Position numbers and translations under genes: made by a program. A DNA stretch of 64,000 bases, from contig JBBIJY010000008.1 of NCBI GenBank assembly GCA_037445735.1, forward strand, positions 32,001 to 96,000. Reading direction: 5' to 3'. Of this stretch, positions 1-9,396 are shown in pieces. This DNA is from Armatimonadota bacterium. GTDB lineage: Bacteria > Armatimonadota > Fimbriimonadia > Fimbriimonadales > GBS-DC. The first letter of the stretch is position 1; each line of letters opens with the position of its first letter. The notes under the pieces are model-generated. The model was not told where the DNA came from, made no database searches, and saw nothing but the letters and a program-made list of their open reading frames with translations.

Positions 1-155
1 AGAATCTGCTGGGCGACCTGCTGGGCGTTGGTGTCGGTGCGGCTCAACACGGCGACCTTCGCGCCCGCCTGTGCCAGCGCCGTCGCAATCGCCTGCCCGA
101 TGCCGCGCCCCGCGCCCGTTACCAGCGCCACACGCCCGTCTAACGCGATGGTCAT
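1..155 (-). CDS. fabG: SDR family oxidoreductase, probably 3-oxoacyl-ACP reductase (5' part; runs off window)
   Basis: Manual translation from ATG at 155: MTIALDGRVALVTGAGRGIGQAIA (TGxxxGIG Rossmann motif); ATGA overlap with fabD stop. Confidence 0.8.
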   Translation of the reverse strand, partial: MTIALDGRVALVTGAGRGIGQAIATALAQAGAKVAVLSRTDTNAQQVAQQI

Positions 156-1102
156 GCCGCACCTCGCAATCCCTGCACCGTCTCTTGCAGTGTCTTTGAG
201 TCTACCACACGCAGGCAGCGTGCGTCGGGCACGATGCGCTTGATCAGCCCGATCAGCACCTCGCCGACGCCCACCTCAATGAAGGTGTCCACGCCCTGCG
301 CGTGCATCCACTCCACGCACTCCTGCCAGCGCACGGGGCTGGCAATCTGGCGGCTCATGATGTCCCGAATCGCTTCGGGGTCGGTCATTGGGCGGGCGGT
401 TACATTCGACACGATGGGGATGATGGGGCGGTGGAAGGTGGCGGTGCGGTAGGCGCTGGCGATCACTTCCGCGGCTTCGTTCATCAGGGGCGAATGGAAC
501 GCGCCAGCGACGGCGAGCGGAATGACGCGCCGTGCGCCCATTGCCCGGGCGATTTCGGCGGCGCGTTCGAGCGCCTTCGGCGTGCCCGAGATGACCACCT
601 GCATCGGCGCGTTGTAGTTGGCGGGCACCACAATCTCGCCTGTCTCCTGTTGTGCCTGCTGGCACGCTGCTTCCACCTTCGCCGTCTCCAGCCCGATAAT
701 GGCGACCATCGAGCCGACGATGCGGTCGGCGACCTTGCGCATCGCTTTCGCCCGCTCTTCAACCCAGTAGAAGGTTTCCTCGAAGCTCCAGACGCCGCCC
801 GCTGCCAGCGCGGTGTATTCGCCCATGCTGTGCCCCGCCAGATAGTCGGGCTGGAAGTCGGGCAGGGCTTCGCGCAGGGCTTCCCACGCGGCGTAGCAGA
901 CGGTCAGCAGCGCGGGCTGCGCGTTCTCCGTGCGCTTGAGCGTCTCTTCGTCCGATTCGAAGCAGAGCTGGGTGAAGGAGCGTCCTGCCTGCTCGCTGGC
1001 GATATCGAACACGCGCCGCGCCGCCGCGCTCTGCTCATACAGCTCGCGCCCCATGCCAGGACGCTGCGAACCCTGCCCTGGAAACACAACCGCCACGCCC
1101 AT
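152..1102 (-). CDS. fabD: Malonyl-CoA:ACP transacylase
   Basis: FPGQGSQ, AQPAL, GHSMGEY and AFHS motifs. Confidence 0.97.
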   Translation of the reverse strand: MGVAVVFPGQGSQRPGMGRELYEQSAAARRVFDIASEQAGRSFTQLCFESDEETLKRTENAQPALLTVCYAAWEALREALPDFQPDYLAGHSMGEYTALAAGGVWSFEETFYWVEERAKAMRKVADRIVGSMVAIIGLETAKVEAACQQAQQETGEIVVPANYNAPMQVVISGTPKALERAAEIARAMGARRVIPLAVAGAFHSPLMNEAAEVIASAYRTATFHRPIIPIVSNVTARPMTDPEAIRDIMSRQIASPVRWQECVEWMHAQGVDTFIEVGVGEVLIGLIKRIVPDARCLRVVDSKTLQETVQGLRGAA

Positions 1103-1114
1103 AATTGGGGGGGA

Positions 1115-1378
1115 TTATACCTGCAAATCACCAAAAACCTGATAGCAGATGCAGCAGCCGAACAGCCCCGTTTGTTGAATCTGTTCAGGTGTGGTGCCGC
1201 AGAGGGGGCAGCAGGTGTGCCTGTGGGGAGGTGGGCGCAGCTGCTGGAGCCAGCGACTGATGGGGACGGTCAACATACGGCGTTCGTAGCGTGTGGCGCA
1301 TGACCGACACAGCACAAGCCATCGCCGTTCAGTGCGCACCCGCAGCCACGCCGCCGCGCCACACAGGGCACAGGTCAT
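1115..1378 (-). CDS. Small Cys-rich protein resembling the McsA zinc-binding region, no UVR tail
   Basis: Four CxxC pairs; CPLCGTT..IQQTGLFGCCICYQVF; start overlaps ilvE stop. Confidence 0.7.
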   Translation of the reverse strand: MTCALCGAAAWLRVRTERRWLVLCRSCATRYERRMLTVPISRWLQQLRPPPHRHTCCPLCGTTPEQIQQTGLFGCCICYQVFGDLQV

Positions 1379-2265
1379 CGCACGCCCACCGACACCAGCA
1401 CACCCATCTCGCGCGTGCGCTGGCGAAACTCCTGAATGATGCGCTGGGTGAGAGCACCTGGCTTGCCGTCGCCAATCGGTCGCCGATCAAGGCTGATCAT
1501 CGGGATAATCTCGGCAGCCGTGCCCGTCAGAAACGCTTCGTCCGCCGTGTACACATCGTGCAGGGTCAGCCAGTCCTCAATCGACGGGATGCCAAGGTCG
1601 TGCGCGATTTCGATCACGGTCTGGCGCGTGATGCCCTTGAGAATGCCACAGGCGGGATGCGGCGTGCGCAACACGCCGTCATGCACCACGAAGATGTTGT
1701 CGCCCGTCGCTTCCGCCACATAGCCCTGCGCGTTCAGCATCAACCCTTCGCCCGCGCCCTGACGATTCGCCTCCAGCTTCGCCTGAATGTTGCTCACATA
1801 GCGCCCGATCGACTTGATGCGGGGATCCAGCGAATCGGGCGTCATCACGCGCGTGGAGACCGTCACCACATGCAGTCCCGTCTCGTACATTTCGGGCGGG
1901 TAGAGCGCGAGGCGCGTAACGGCAATCATCACATTGGGGGTCTGGTCGATGTTTTCGGGGTTCAACCCGATGCCCGTGCCGCGCGAGACGGAGACGCGGA
2001 TATAGGCGTTCTCCGCGCCCGAAGCCTCCACCGTGTCGATAATCCGTTGCTTCAGCTCCTCATAAGGCAACATGCCCCGAATGTCCAGGTGGCGGATGCC
2101 GTCATAGAGCCGTCGGAGATGCTCGTCCAGTCGGAAGATTCGGCGGTTATAGAGGCGGATACCCTCAAACACGCCGTCGCCATACAGATAGGCATGGTCG
2201 AACACGGGGATTCGTGCATCCTGCAGCGGCATCAGCGTGCCGTTCCAGTTGACCATCATCTGCAT
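1375..2265 (-). CDS. ilvE: Branched-chain amino acid aminotransferase (class IV)
   Basis: YGDGVFEG, EATGDNIF, ILKGITR, DEAFLTGTAAE. Confidence 0.95.
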   Translation of the reverse strand: MQMMVNWNGTLMPLQDARIPVFDHAYLYGDGVFEGIRLYNRRIFRLDEHLRRLYDGIRHLDIRGMLPYEELKQRIIDTVEASGAENAYIRVSVSRGTGIGLNPENIDQTPNVMIAVTRLALYPPEMYETGLHVVTVSTRVMTPDSLDPRIKSIGRYVSNIQAKLEANRQGAGEGLMLNAQGYVAEATGDNIFVVHDGVLRTPHPACGILKGITRQTVIEIAHDLGIPSIEDWLTLHDVYTADEAFLTGTAAEIIPMISLDRRPIGDGKPGALTQRIIQEFRQRTREMGVLVSVGVR

Positions 2266-2402
2266 CGTCGCATAGAACCTCCTCGATGGGGATTATACCG
2301 CATCGAGCGCGGGTCTTTGAGGGGATAGTGGCGTCTGGACGGCAAGCTGCAGGGTGAGGAGCGGCTAACGCATGCGCGCTGGACGCGCGTCAGCACGGTT
2401 TT

Positions 2403-3983
2403 TTAGCCCGCGACGCCCACCATCGCCGCGCCGATCGCTTCGCGCGAGAAGTCGGCGCGGCGGAACAGTTTGACTACGCGCCCGCGATACAGCACGCCGA
2501 TACGGTCGCAGTGCACCATCAGCTCGTCCAGATCGAGCGAGATGACCAGCGCGCTCATCCCGTGCAGGCATGCCTCCCGAATGGCGGTATAGGTCGCCTC
2601 GGTGCCGCGAATGTCCAGCCCGCGCGTGGGCGCGTAAGCAATCAGCAGGCGCGGCTGACCGTACAGGGCGCGCGCCACCACCAGCCGCTGCTGATTGCCG
2701 CCCGATAGCGTGGTCAGCGGCGCGCGCAGGGAGGGCACTTTGACCTGGAACCGCTCGATCAGTGCGAGCGCCCGCTTCTCAATCGCCTTCGGGTGCAGCC
2801 AGCCAAGCCGCTGAAGCTCGCGCTCGCGCTGGGCGCCCAGAATCGCGTTCTCCAGCACGCTCCAGCTAACAATAATCCCGCGCCGAAAGCGGTCGTCGAA
2901 CAGGAACCGCATGCCCGCCTGAAGCCTGCGGGCAGGACTCCAGCGCTCGATGGGCGTGCCATCCAGTCGCAGATGCCCGCGCGCGATGGCTCGCAAGCCC
3001 GCGAGCGCCTCCATCAGCTCCTGCTGACCGTTGCCGTCCACGCCTGCCAGCCCCAGAATCTCGCCGGGCATTACCTCGAGGCTCAACTCCTGCACGCCCC
3101 AGCCACCCCGATCGGAGCGCACAAAGAGCGATTCAATCGCAAGGCGCGGCACGATGCCAGAGTGTTTTGCCCCCTCACCCGTACCCTCTCCCCCGCAGGC
3201 GGGGGAGAGGGACTCAGATGCTCCCTCTGGGGGTGAGAGGTTTACTCTATCGCTGGGCGGCTCCTCGCCGATAATCCAGCGGGTGAGCGTCGCGGCGTCA
3301 GTCGCGCTCACGGGCGATTCGGCGACCTTGCGCCCGCCCCGCAACACCGTCACCCAGTCGGCATACTCCAGCACCTCCTGCAGCTTGTGCGTCACCAGCA
3401 GGATGGTACGCCCGTCGGCTTTCAGGCGCAACAGCGTGCTGAACAGCGTCTGCACATCGGCAGGCGAGAGCATCGCCGTCGGCTCGTCCAGAATCAGAAT
3501 CTCGGCGTTGCGCCAGAGCAGCTTCAGAATCTCCAGTTTCTGGCGGGACGCCACGCTCAGCTCTTCGGCGGGGCGGTTCCAGTCGGCTTCGAACTGAAGG
3601 CTCTGCGCCAGTTGCTCGGCTCGCTGGCGTGCCGCGCGGCGGTTCAGAATGCCCAGCGCCCCCGCCTGCTCCGCGCCCAGCATCAGATTGTCGAGGACGC
3701 TCAGTTCGGGGATGATGCTGTAGTGCTGGCTGACCATGCCGATGCCGTGCGCGATGGCGTCGGCGGGGCTGGTGAAACGCACGCGCTGCCCTCTAAGATA
3801 GATTTCGCCTGCGTCGGGCGTATAGTAGCCGTACAGGATGCGCATGAGGGTGGTCTTGCCCGCGCCGTTCTCGCCAACAATCGCGTGCAGGGTGCCCGCG
3901 CGCACATGCAGGTCGACGCCGTCATTCGCCACGAGGCTGCCGAACCGCTTCGTGATGGCGTGCATCTGCACAATCGCGTCCAT
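2403..3983 (-). CDS. Two-domain ABC ATPase, sugar/nucleoside (CUT2-type) family, with palindromic-repeat insertion in the linker
   Basis: GENGAGKTT, ILDEPT, LSGGNQQ; no permease gene adjacent. Confidence 0.93.
   Translation of the reverse strand: MDAIVQMHAITKRFGSLVANDGVDLHVRAGTLHAIVGENGAGKTTLMRILYGYYTPDAGEIYLRGQRVRFTSPADAIAHGIGMVSQHYSIIPELSVLDNLMLGAEQAGALGILNRRAARQRAEQLAQSLQFEADWNRPAEELSVASRQKLEILKLLWRNAEILILDEPTAMLSPADVQTLFSTLLRLKADGRTILLVTHKLQEVLEYADWVTVLRGGRKVAESPVSATDAATLTRWIIGEEPPSDRVNLSPPEGASESLSPACGGEGTGEGAKHSGIVPRLAIESLFVRSDRGGWGVQELSLEVMPGEILGLAGVDGNGQQELMEALAGLRAIARGHLRLDGTPIERWSPARRLQAGMRFLFDDRFRRGIIVSWSVLENAILGAQRERELQRLGWLHPKAIEKRALALIERFQVKVPSLRAPLTTLSGGNQQRLVVARALYGQPRLLIAYAPTRGLDIRGTEATYTAIREACLHGMSALVISLDLDELMVHCDRIGVLYRGRVVKLFRRADFSREAIGAAMVGVAG
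3170..3241. repeat. Palindromic repeat family A, in frame inside ABC ATPase
   Basis: CCCCCTCACCCGTACCCTCTCCCCC-gcaggc-GGGGGAGAGGG...GGGGTGAGAGG; translated as NLSPPEGASESLSPACGGEGTGEGA. Confidence 0.9.
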
Positions 3984-3986
3984 CGG

Positions 3987-4781
3987 TTACTCCTCTGCGG
4001 GGTAGAAGGCGTGGAAGTGGTGGGGCGGGCTGTGCCCATGCCCAACGGCGACGGCGGTGCGCAGGGCGGCGGTCAGGTAGTCTTTGGCGCGGCGGACAGC
4101 GGTCGGCACATCGTTGCCTTTTGCCAGGAAGGCGGCAATCGCAGCGGAGAAGGCGCAGCCGGTGCCGTGTGTGTGGGGCGTGTCGATATGCTCGGCAGGC
4201 AGCCACAGGAACCGCTCGCCATCATAGAGCAGGTCGTCAGCGCGGTCAGGCAGATGCCCGCCCTTGACCACCACCCAGCGCGGTCCCAGCGCGTGGATGG
4301 CTCGCGCCGCCTCCTGCATGGCGGCTTTATCCTGCACCGGGAAGCCTGTGAGCACGCTCGCCTCGCCCAGATTCGGCGTGACGACGAGCGCGAGGGGCAG
4401 CAGTTCGCGTCGTAAAGCCTCAATCGCGTCCTCGCGCAGCAGGCGGTCGCCGCTCTTGGCAACCATCACGGGGTCCACCACCAGGTTGCGGATGTTCCAG
4501 CGGCGGACGCGCTCCGCCACGATGCGGATGATCGCCTCGCTGAACAGCATGCCCGTTTTGGCGGCGTCGGCGCCGATGTCACTCATGATGGAGTCGATCT
4601 GTTGACCCACGAAGTCGGGTTCGACGGGGAACACGCCCTGCACGCCGAGCGTGTTCTGGGCGGTGAGCGCGGTGATGGCGCTGGTGCCGTACACGCCCAG
4701 CGCGGCGAAGGTCTTCAGGTCCGCCTGAATGCCCGCTCCGCCCCCCGAATCGGAGCCAGCAATCGTGAGTGCCCTGCGCAT
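3987..4781 (-). CDS. thiD: Hydroxymethylpyrimidine/phosphomethylpyrimidine kinase
   Basis: [28 protein letters not shown]. Confidence 0.97.
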   Translation of the reverse strand: MRRALTIAGSDSGGGAGIQADLKTFAALGVYGTSAITALTAQNTLGVQGVFPVEPDFVGQQIDSIMSDIGADAAKTGMLFSEAIIRIVAERVRRWNIRNLVVDPVMVAKSGDRLLREDAIEALRRELLPLALVVTPNLGEASVLTGFPVQDKAAMQEAARAIHALGPRWVVVKGGHLPDRADDLLYDGERFLWLPAEHIDTPHTHGTGCAFSAAIAAFLAKGNDVPTAVRRAKDYLTAALRTAVAVGHGHSPPHHFHAFYPAEE

Positions 4782-4796
4782 GGTGAGGAGTGTACC

Positions 4797-5429
4797 CTAT
4801 CGGAGGCGGCTTTCGATGAGGGCGACGATTTCGGGGTCGTGGCTGCGGCGGGCGACCTCCAGCACCGTTTCGCCCAGCAGGCTGCGAGCGCTGGGGTCGG
4901 CGCCATGGTCGAGCAGCAGGCGCACGGTGTCGCGATGCCCGTTCTCGGCGGCGAGCATCAGCAGGGTGCGCCCGTTGCGGTCGCGCTCGTTGGGCGAGAT
5001 GCCACGCGCCAGCATCGCTTTCAGCACGCGCGTGCGCCCGTACACCGCCGCGTAATAGGCGGGCGAGTTGCCCGGCGTCATCTCGCGCAGGTAGCCCGTG
5101 CGGTCGCGCGCGCCCAGACTCGCACCATGCTCAATCAGCAGGAGCGCGATGTCTTCATAGCCGCGCGCAATCGCAAGAGTCAGCGCGGTGAGACCGGAGC
5201 GCGTGGCGGCGTTCACCGAAGCGCCCCGTTTCAGCAGGGTCGCCACCTGCGCCCGATCGCCCTGCTCCACCGCCTGCAGCAACTGCTGGTTCAGCTGGCG
5301 ATTGCGCTCGCGCAGATGCCGAAACTGAGGCGAGAGCATCACCATCACGGTCAGCACAATCGGCAGCACGAAAAAGCCGATAATCAGCGCCTTCTGCCAC
5401 TGCGCCCGCGCCGCATCCGTCTCTGCCAT
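4797..5429 (-). CDS. Membrane-anchored ankyrin-repeat protein
   Basis: N-terminal TM segment, then GLTALTLAIARG and GRTLLMLAAENGH repeats; start moved to ATG 5429 because the longer ORF overlaps ybaB. Confidence 0.88.
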   Translation of the reverse strand: MAETDAARAQWQKALIIGFFVLPIVLTVMVMLSPQFRHLRERNRQLNQQLLQAVEQGDRAQVATLLKRGASVNAATRSGLTALTLAIARGYEDIALLLIEHGASLGARDRTGYLREMTPGNSPAYYAAVYGRTRVLKAMLARGISPNERDRNGRTLLMLAAENGHRDTVRLLLDHGADPSARSLLGETVLEVARRSHDPEIVALIESRLR

Positions 5430-5484
5430 CCGATTCGATGATACCCCCTGAACGGGTACAATCTGGGGCGGAGGCACACGCGAA

Positions 5485-5829
5485 ATGAAGATGCCGAAGA
5501 TACCCGGTGGACAGATGCGCCAGCTGATGGAGGAGGCGCAACGCATGCTGGCGGAAGCCGAACAGTTCGAGCAGGAGATGGAGCAGCTGCAGGTGCAGGC
5601 GACGGCGGGCGGCGGCGTGGTCAAAGCGACCGTGAACGGCAAGGGCATGCTGGTCAGCCTCGAAATCGCCCGCGAGGTGATTGACCCCGACGACCCTGAG
5701 ATGCTTCAGGACTTGGTGGTGAGTGCAGTGCGCGAAGCGCAGGCGCAGGCTGAAGCCGTCCGAACCGAACGGATGCAACAGATCACAGGCGCGTTCGGCG
5801 GACTGGGTAATATCGGGCTGCCGTTCTGA
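5485..5829 (+). CDS. ybaB: YbaB/EbfC nucleoid-associated protein
   Basis: ATAGGGVVKATVNG, DPDDPEMLQDLVVSA; upstream of recR. Confidence 0.93.
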   Translation: MKMPKIPGGQMRQLMEEAQRMLAEAEQFEQEMEQLQVQATAGGGVVKATVNGKGMLVSLEIAREVIDPDDPEMLQDLVVSAVREAQAQAEAVRTERMQQITGAFGGLGNIGLPF

Positions 5830-5833
5830 ACCG

Positions 5834-6433
5834 ATGGCACTCTTTCCACCCGCGTTGCGTCAGTTGATTACGCTGCTGGAGCGGTTGCCGGGCATCGGAC
5901 CCCGCTCGGCGCAGCGGCTCGCGCTCTACTTGATCCGTCGCCCCCAGGACGAGGTGGAACAGCTCGCGAGCGCGCTGCTCAACGCCCGCCACAGAGTGCG
6001 CCTGTGCGAGCGATGCTTCTTTTTGAGCGAACAGCCCCTGTGCGAAATCTGTCAGGACAGCACGCGCGACGCCAGCCTGCTCTGTATCGTCGCCGATCCG
6101 CGCGATGTGGTCTCACTGGAGCGACTGGAACAGTATCGCGGGCTGTACCATGTGCTGCACGGGCTGATCTCGCCCGCGGAGGGCGTCCAGCCAGAAGACC
6201 TGAAGATTCGGGAGCTGATGGAGCGCGTGCGGGCGCAACCCCCGCAGGAGGTAATCCTGGCGACTCCACCCACCGTGGAGGGCGACACCACCGCGCTTTA
6301 TCTGGCACGGCTCCTCAAGCCGATGGGGATTCGAACCACGCGCATCGCCTACGGCATGCCCGTCGGCGGCGAGCTGGACTACGCCGACGCCGCCACGCTC
6401 GGCTACGCCCTCAGCGGCAGACGCGAAATCTAA
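5834..6433 (+). CDS. recR: Recombination mediator RecR
   Basis: LPGIGPRSAQR HhH motif, C4 zinc finger, YHVLHG, TVEGDTTA. Confidence 0.96.
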   Translation: MALFPPALRQLITLLERLPGIGPRSAQRLALYLIRRPQDEVEQLASALLNARHRVRLCERCFFLSEQPLCEICQDSTRDASLLCIVADPRDVVSLERLEQYRGLYHVLHGLISPAEGVQPEDLKIRELMERVRAQPPQEVILATPPTVEGDTTALYLARLLKPMGIRTTRIAYGMPVGGELDYADAATLGYALSGRREI

Positions 6434-6453
6434 AATCACTCACATCACTAAAT

Positions 6454-6476
6454 CACGGGCAGGATGCCCGTGCTAC
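6454..6476 (-). repeat. GTAG-type REP-like hairpin (family B)
   Basis: Reverse complement GTAGCACGGGCATCCTGCCCGTG; 22/23 identical copy at 33499-33521. Confidence 0.75.
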
Positions 6477-6515
6477 TACGCAAGTGCGAAATCTGAACGG
6501 AGGAAGAAACCCAAA

Positions 6516-7877
6516 ATGTTGTTAGCCGACCGACTGGCACGCTATGCAACGGAGCTGCGCTATGAGCAGTTGCCGCCCGAAACGGTGCATGAGGTCAAGC
6601 GCCGCTGGATCGATTCGATTGCGTGCGCGTTTGGCGCGTGGCGGGACGAGACCGCCGAACTCGTGCGCCGTGTGGCAACGCAGGTAAGCAGTCCCTACGG
6701 GGCGACGATCATCGGCACGCGCCATAAAGCCTCGCCCGACTGGGCTGCCTTCGCGAACGGGCTGCTCATCCGCTATCTGGACTACAACGACACCTATCTC
6801 TCTAAAGAGCCTGCCCATCCGAGCGATAACCTCGCGGCGGTGCTCGCGGCAGCGGAAGCGGAACGCGCCGACGGCAAAGCGGCGATCCTCGCCACCGTGA
6901 TTGCCTACGAGATTCAGTGCCGCCTGTGCGACGCGGCGAGCCTGCGAGCGCGCGGCTGGGACCATGTGAACTATGGGCTGTTCTCGGCGTCGGCAGCCGC
7001 TTCGCGCCTGATGGGTCTATCGGCAGAAGCCACGAAGCACGCGATGAGCATCGCGGGCGTGTCGGGTCTGGCGATGCGTCAGACGCGCGTGGGCGAACTC
7101 TCCATGTGGAAAGGCTGCGCCTTCGCGAACGCGGCGCGGCATGCGACCTTCGCCAGCTGGCTCGCCAAACACGGCATGACAGGTCCCTCCGAAATCTTCG
7201 AGGGCAAGATGGGCTTTATGAAGCAGGTGGCGGGCGAGTTCACGCTCGGCGCACTCGGCGGGGAAGAAGGGCACGGGTTTATGATTAATCAAACATACAT
7301 CAAATATTTTCCTGTGGAATACCATGCGCAGAGCGCGGTGTGGGCGGCGCTGGCACTGCGCGAACAAATCGGCGGCGACATCAGCCAGATTGAGGCAGTG
7401 GAGATTGACACCTTCGAGGCGTGCTACTCCATCATCGGCAGCGAGCCAGAGAAGTGGACGCCCCGCAGCCGCGAGACCGCCGACCACAGCCTGCCCTATA
7501 TCGTCGGCGTGGCGCTGGTGGACGGCAAGGTGGATTTGGAATCGTTCGAGGAATCACGCTACACCGACCCGAACCTGCTGGCGTTTCTCAAAAAGATTAC
7601 CGTGCGCCATGACCCCAGCATGGACGCCCGCTATCCTGAAGGCATCCCGAACCGAATCACGCTCCGCCTGAAGGACGGGCGCACGCTCACCGAAGAGAAC
7701 ACCTTCCCGCGCGGACACGCCCGCAACCCGATGAGCGACGAAGAGGTGGAAGCCAAGTTCCGTCGCCTGACCGCGTGGGCGCTTTCGCCCGCGCGCCAGG
7801 ATGAGGTATTGCGCTTCCTCTGGAACCTCGAATCGCAGCCAGGCATCGCGCCGCTGATGGAGCTGCTGAGCCAGTGA
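6516..7877 (+). CDS. prpD: MmgE/PrpD family protein (2-methylcitrate dehydratase-like)
   Basis: RYLDYNDTY, HPSDN, SMWKG, ETADHSLPY, FPRGHARNPM. Confidence 0.9.
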   Translation: MLLADRLARYATELRYEQLPPETVHEVKRRWIDSIACAFGAWRDETAELVRRVATQVSSPYGATIIGTRHKASPDWAAFANGLLIRYLDYNDTYLSKEPAHPSDNLAAVLAAAEAERADGKAAILATVIAYEIQCRLCDAASLRARGWDHVNYGLFSASAAASRLMGLSAEATKHAMSIAGVSGLAMRQTRVGELSMWKGCAFANAARHATFASWLAKHGMTGPSEIFEGKMGFMKQVAGEFTLGALGGEEGHGFMINQTYIKYFPVEYHAQSAVWAALALREQIGGDISQIEAVEIDTFEACYSIIGSEPEKWTPRSRETADHSLPYIVGVALVDGKVDLESFEESRYTDPNLLAFLKKITVRHDPSMDARYPEGIPNRITLRLKDGRTLTEENTFPRGHARNPMSDEEVEAKFRRLTAWALSPARQDEVLRFLWNLESQPGIAPLMELLSQ

Positions 7878-7908
7878 ACAAAACATGAGAGCAGACCGCG
7901 CCAGCGAG

Positions 7909-8173
7909 AAACCCCTTCACTCCAACCCTCTCCCCAGAGGGGAGAGGGAACGAATCAGCCCTCTCCCCCGCCTGCAGGGAGGAGGGGGTTCTGTGCCCCT
8001 CTCCCCCAAAGGGGGAGAGGGTACGGGTGAGGGGGCTAAGCCGCTTGCGCCTGCAGGAAACCCCTCACCCCCAGCCCCTCTCCCACACTGTTGGAGAGGG
8101 GAGCCACACACTCGCTCGCAAAAACCCCCTCTCCCCAAGCTTGGGGAGAGGGGGCACGGGGGTGAGGGCTAAC
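7909..8173. repeat. Cluster of family A palindromic repeats (left flank of vapBC)
   Basis: Several CCCTCTCCC-loop-GGGAGAGGG hairpins with CCCTCACCC/GGGTGAGGG arms. Confidence 0.95.
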
Positions 8174-8230
8174 ACCCACCGCCGAAGTTGAACAACACAA
8201 TCAGCACGAAATATGCTCGCACAGCGGGTA

Positions 8231-8632
8231 TTAGACCGTCCAGTCTTCGCAAACCAGATTCGGAACTCGTGCGAACTCACGGATGTTGTTCGTGACCAGT
8301 ACAACCCCATTGGCAAGGGCAATTGCCGCAATGAGCAGGTCGTGAGGACCAATAAGCTGCCCGCTGGCGGTCAAGCTGGCGCGAATTGCCCCATACACCT
8401 GAGCCGCGCGCGAACAGAAGGGCAACACGAGAAACGGCTCGAAAAACGCCTCAAGCAGGTTGAGGTTGTGCGTCGGGTTTTGGCTGCGCCATGCACCATA
8501 GTAAAGCTCCGCCTGCACAATCGTACACAACGCTACCTCACTGGGCGCGATTGCCCTCAATCGCTCCCGTACCCGCGAGTGAGGAGACCTCAGGTAGTCG
8601 ATACAGGTGCTGGTGTCAAGAAGATACTTCAT
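8231..8632 (-). CDS. vapC: PIN-domain toxin VapC
   Basis: MKYLLDTSTCI, AELYYG, IGPHDLLIAAIA, LVTNNIREF. Confidence 0.93.
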   Translation of the reverse strand: MKYLLDTSTCIDYLRSPHSRVRERLRAIAPSEVALCTIVQAELYYGAWRSQNPTHNLNLLEAFFEPFLVLPFCSRAAQVYGAIRASLTASGQLIGPHDLLIAAIALANGVVLVTNNIREFARVPNLVCEDWTV

Positions 8633-8876
8633 CGCTCTCGTCGAGTGAAGGACGAATTTCATAGTCCCCTGGTGAGGGGCGCTCGAAGTCTCCTTCCCAG
8701 CGTCCGCAGGTGGTCTCAAAGAAGGCGTCCGGCCAGCGGGAGGCGGGGCAGGTCTTCACCGCCCGCGCCATCAGGAACACCTCAACCTCACCTGCGGGCA
8801 GAGTGGTTGGAACCTTCACCTCCAGCACGCCGTCGTCATCAACCCTCGCCGTGATGTGGATGCTCAGTGTGTCCAT
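8616..8876 (-). CDS. Probable antitoxin cognate to VapC
   Basis: 86 aa, directly upstream of and overlapping vapC; WPDAFFETTCGRWEG..ERP tail. Confidence 0.8.
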   Translation of the reverse strand: MDTLSIHITARVDDDGVLEVKVPTTLPAGEVEVFLMARAVKTCPASRWPDAFFETTCGRWEGDFERPSPGDYEIRPSLDESDEVSS

Positions 8877-8954
8877 ATCGCTGGAATTTTACCCCAGCGC
8901 AGAAACCCGCCCGCCGCGAATAAGTGAGCTTGCCGCAAGCGCAGGCGCACAAAA

Positions 8955-9200
8955 CCCCCTCGCCCGAAGCATCAGGCGAGAGGGCGTGGGGGCGAGAGCA
9001 CAAAAAATTCTCTCTCCCCTGCAGGTGGGGGAGAGGGTACGGGTGAGGGGGCTAAGCCGCTTGCGCCTGCAAGAAACCCCTCACCCCCAGCCCCTCTCCC
9101 ACACTGTGGGAGAGGGAGGTCTAATCCCCTCCCCCGCAGGCGGGGGAGAGGGATTTTGAACACCCTCTCCCCTTTGGGGAGAGAGCAGGGGTGAGGGGCA
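8955..9200. repeat. Cluster of family A palindromic repeats (right flank of vapBC)
   Basis: 9027-9116 matches 8011-8100 at 88/90 positions in direct orientation. Confidence 0.95.
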
Positions 9201-9396
9201 TCCTTTCCTCTGGTTGGATTTTTCGAACAGCCTCAGGAGGTCAGGGGCAAATTCCAGGCAAAATGCGGGACTCGCACGCCCGGAAAGCATCCCAGCATTA
9301 CGGGGATGTTCCCGAAGTCGTGCGGACACAGCGTGCAGGAAGGGGGGCATCTTTGAAGCGCAGGTGGCGCCGTTTCTGGCGAACTTTTGCCCCTCT

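Noticed and set aside
2256-2273. Possible MRRCR minigene overlapping the ilvE start
   Set aside because: GGAGG is 12 nt from the ilvE ATG, a spacing also seen at prpD, and only 4 nt from the upstream ATG.
7909-9200. Repeat clusters as a CRISPR array or integron attC array
   Set aside because: There is no constant repeat-spacer period, no cas or integrase gene, and no attC core motifs.
9219-9234. IS-end-like sequence GAGGCTGTTCGAAAAA (minus strand), with similar GAGGCTGTCC at 45821
   Set aside because: There is no matching partner end, target duplication or transposase fragment, and the match is too short.
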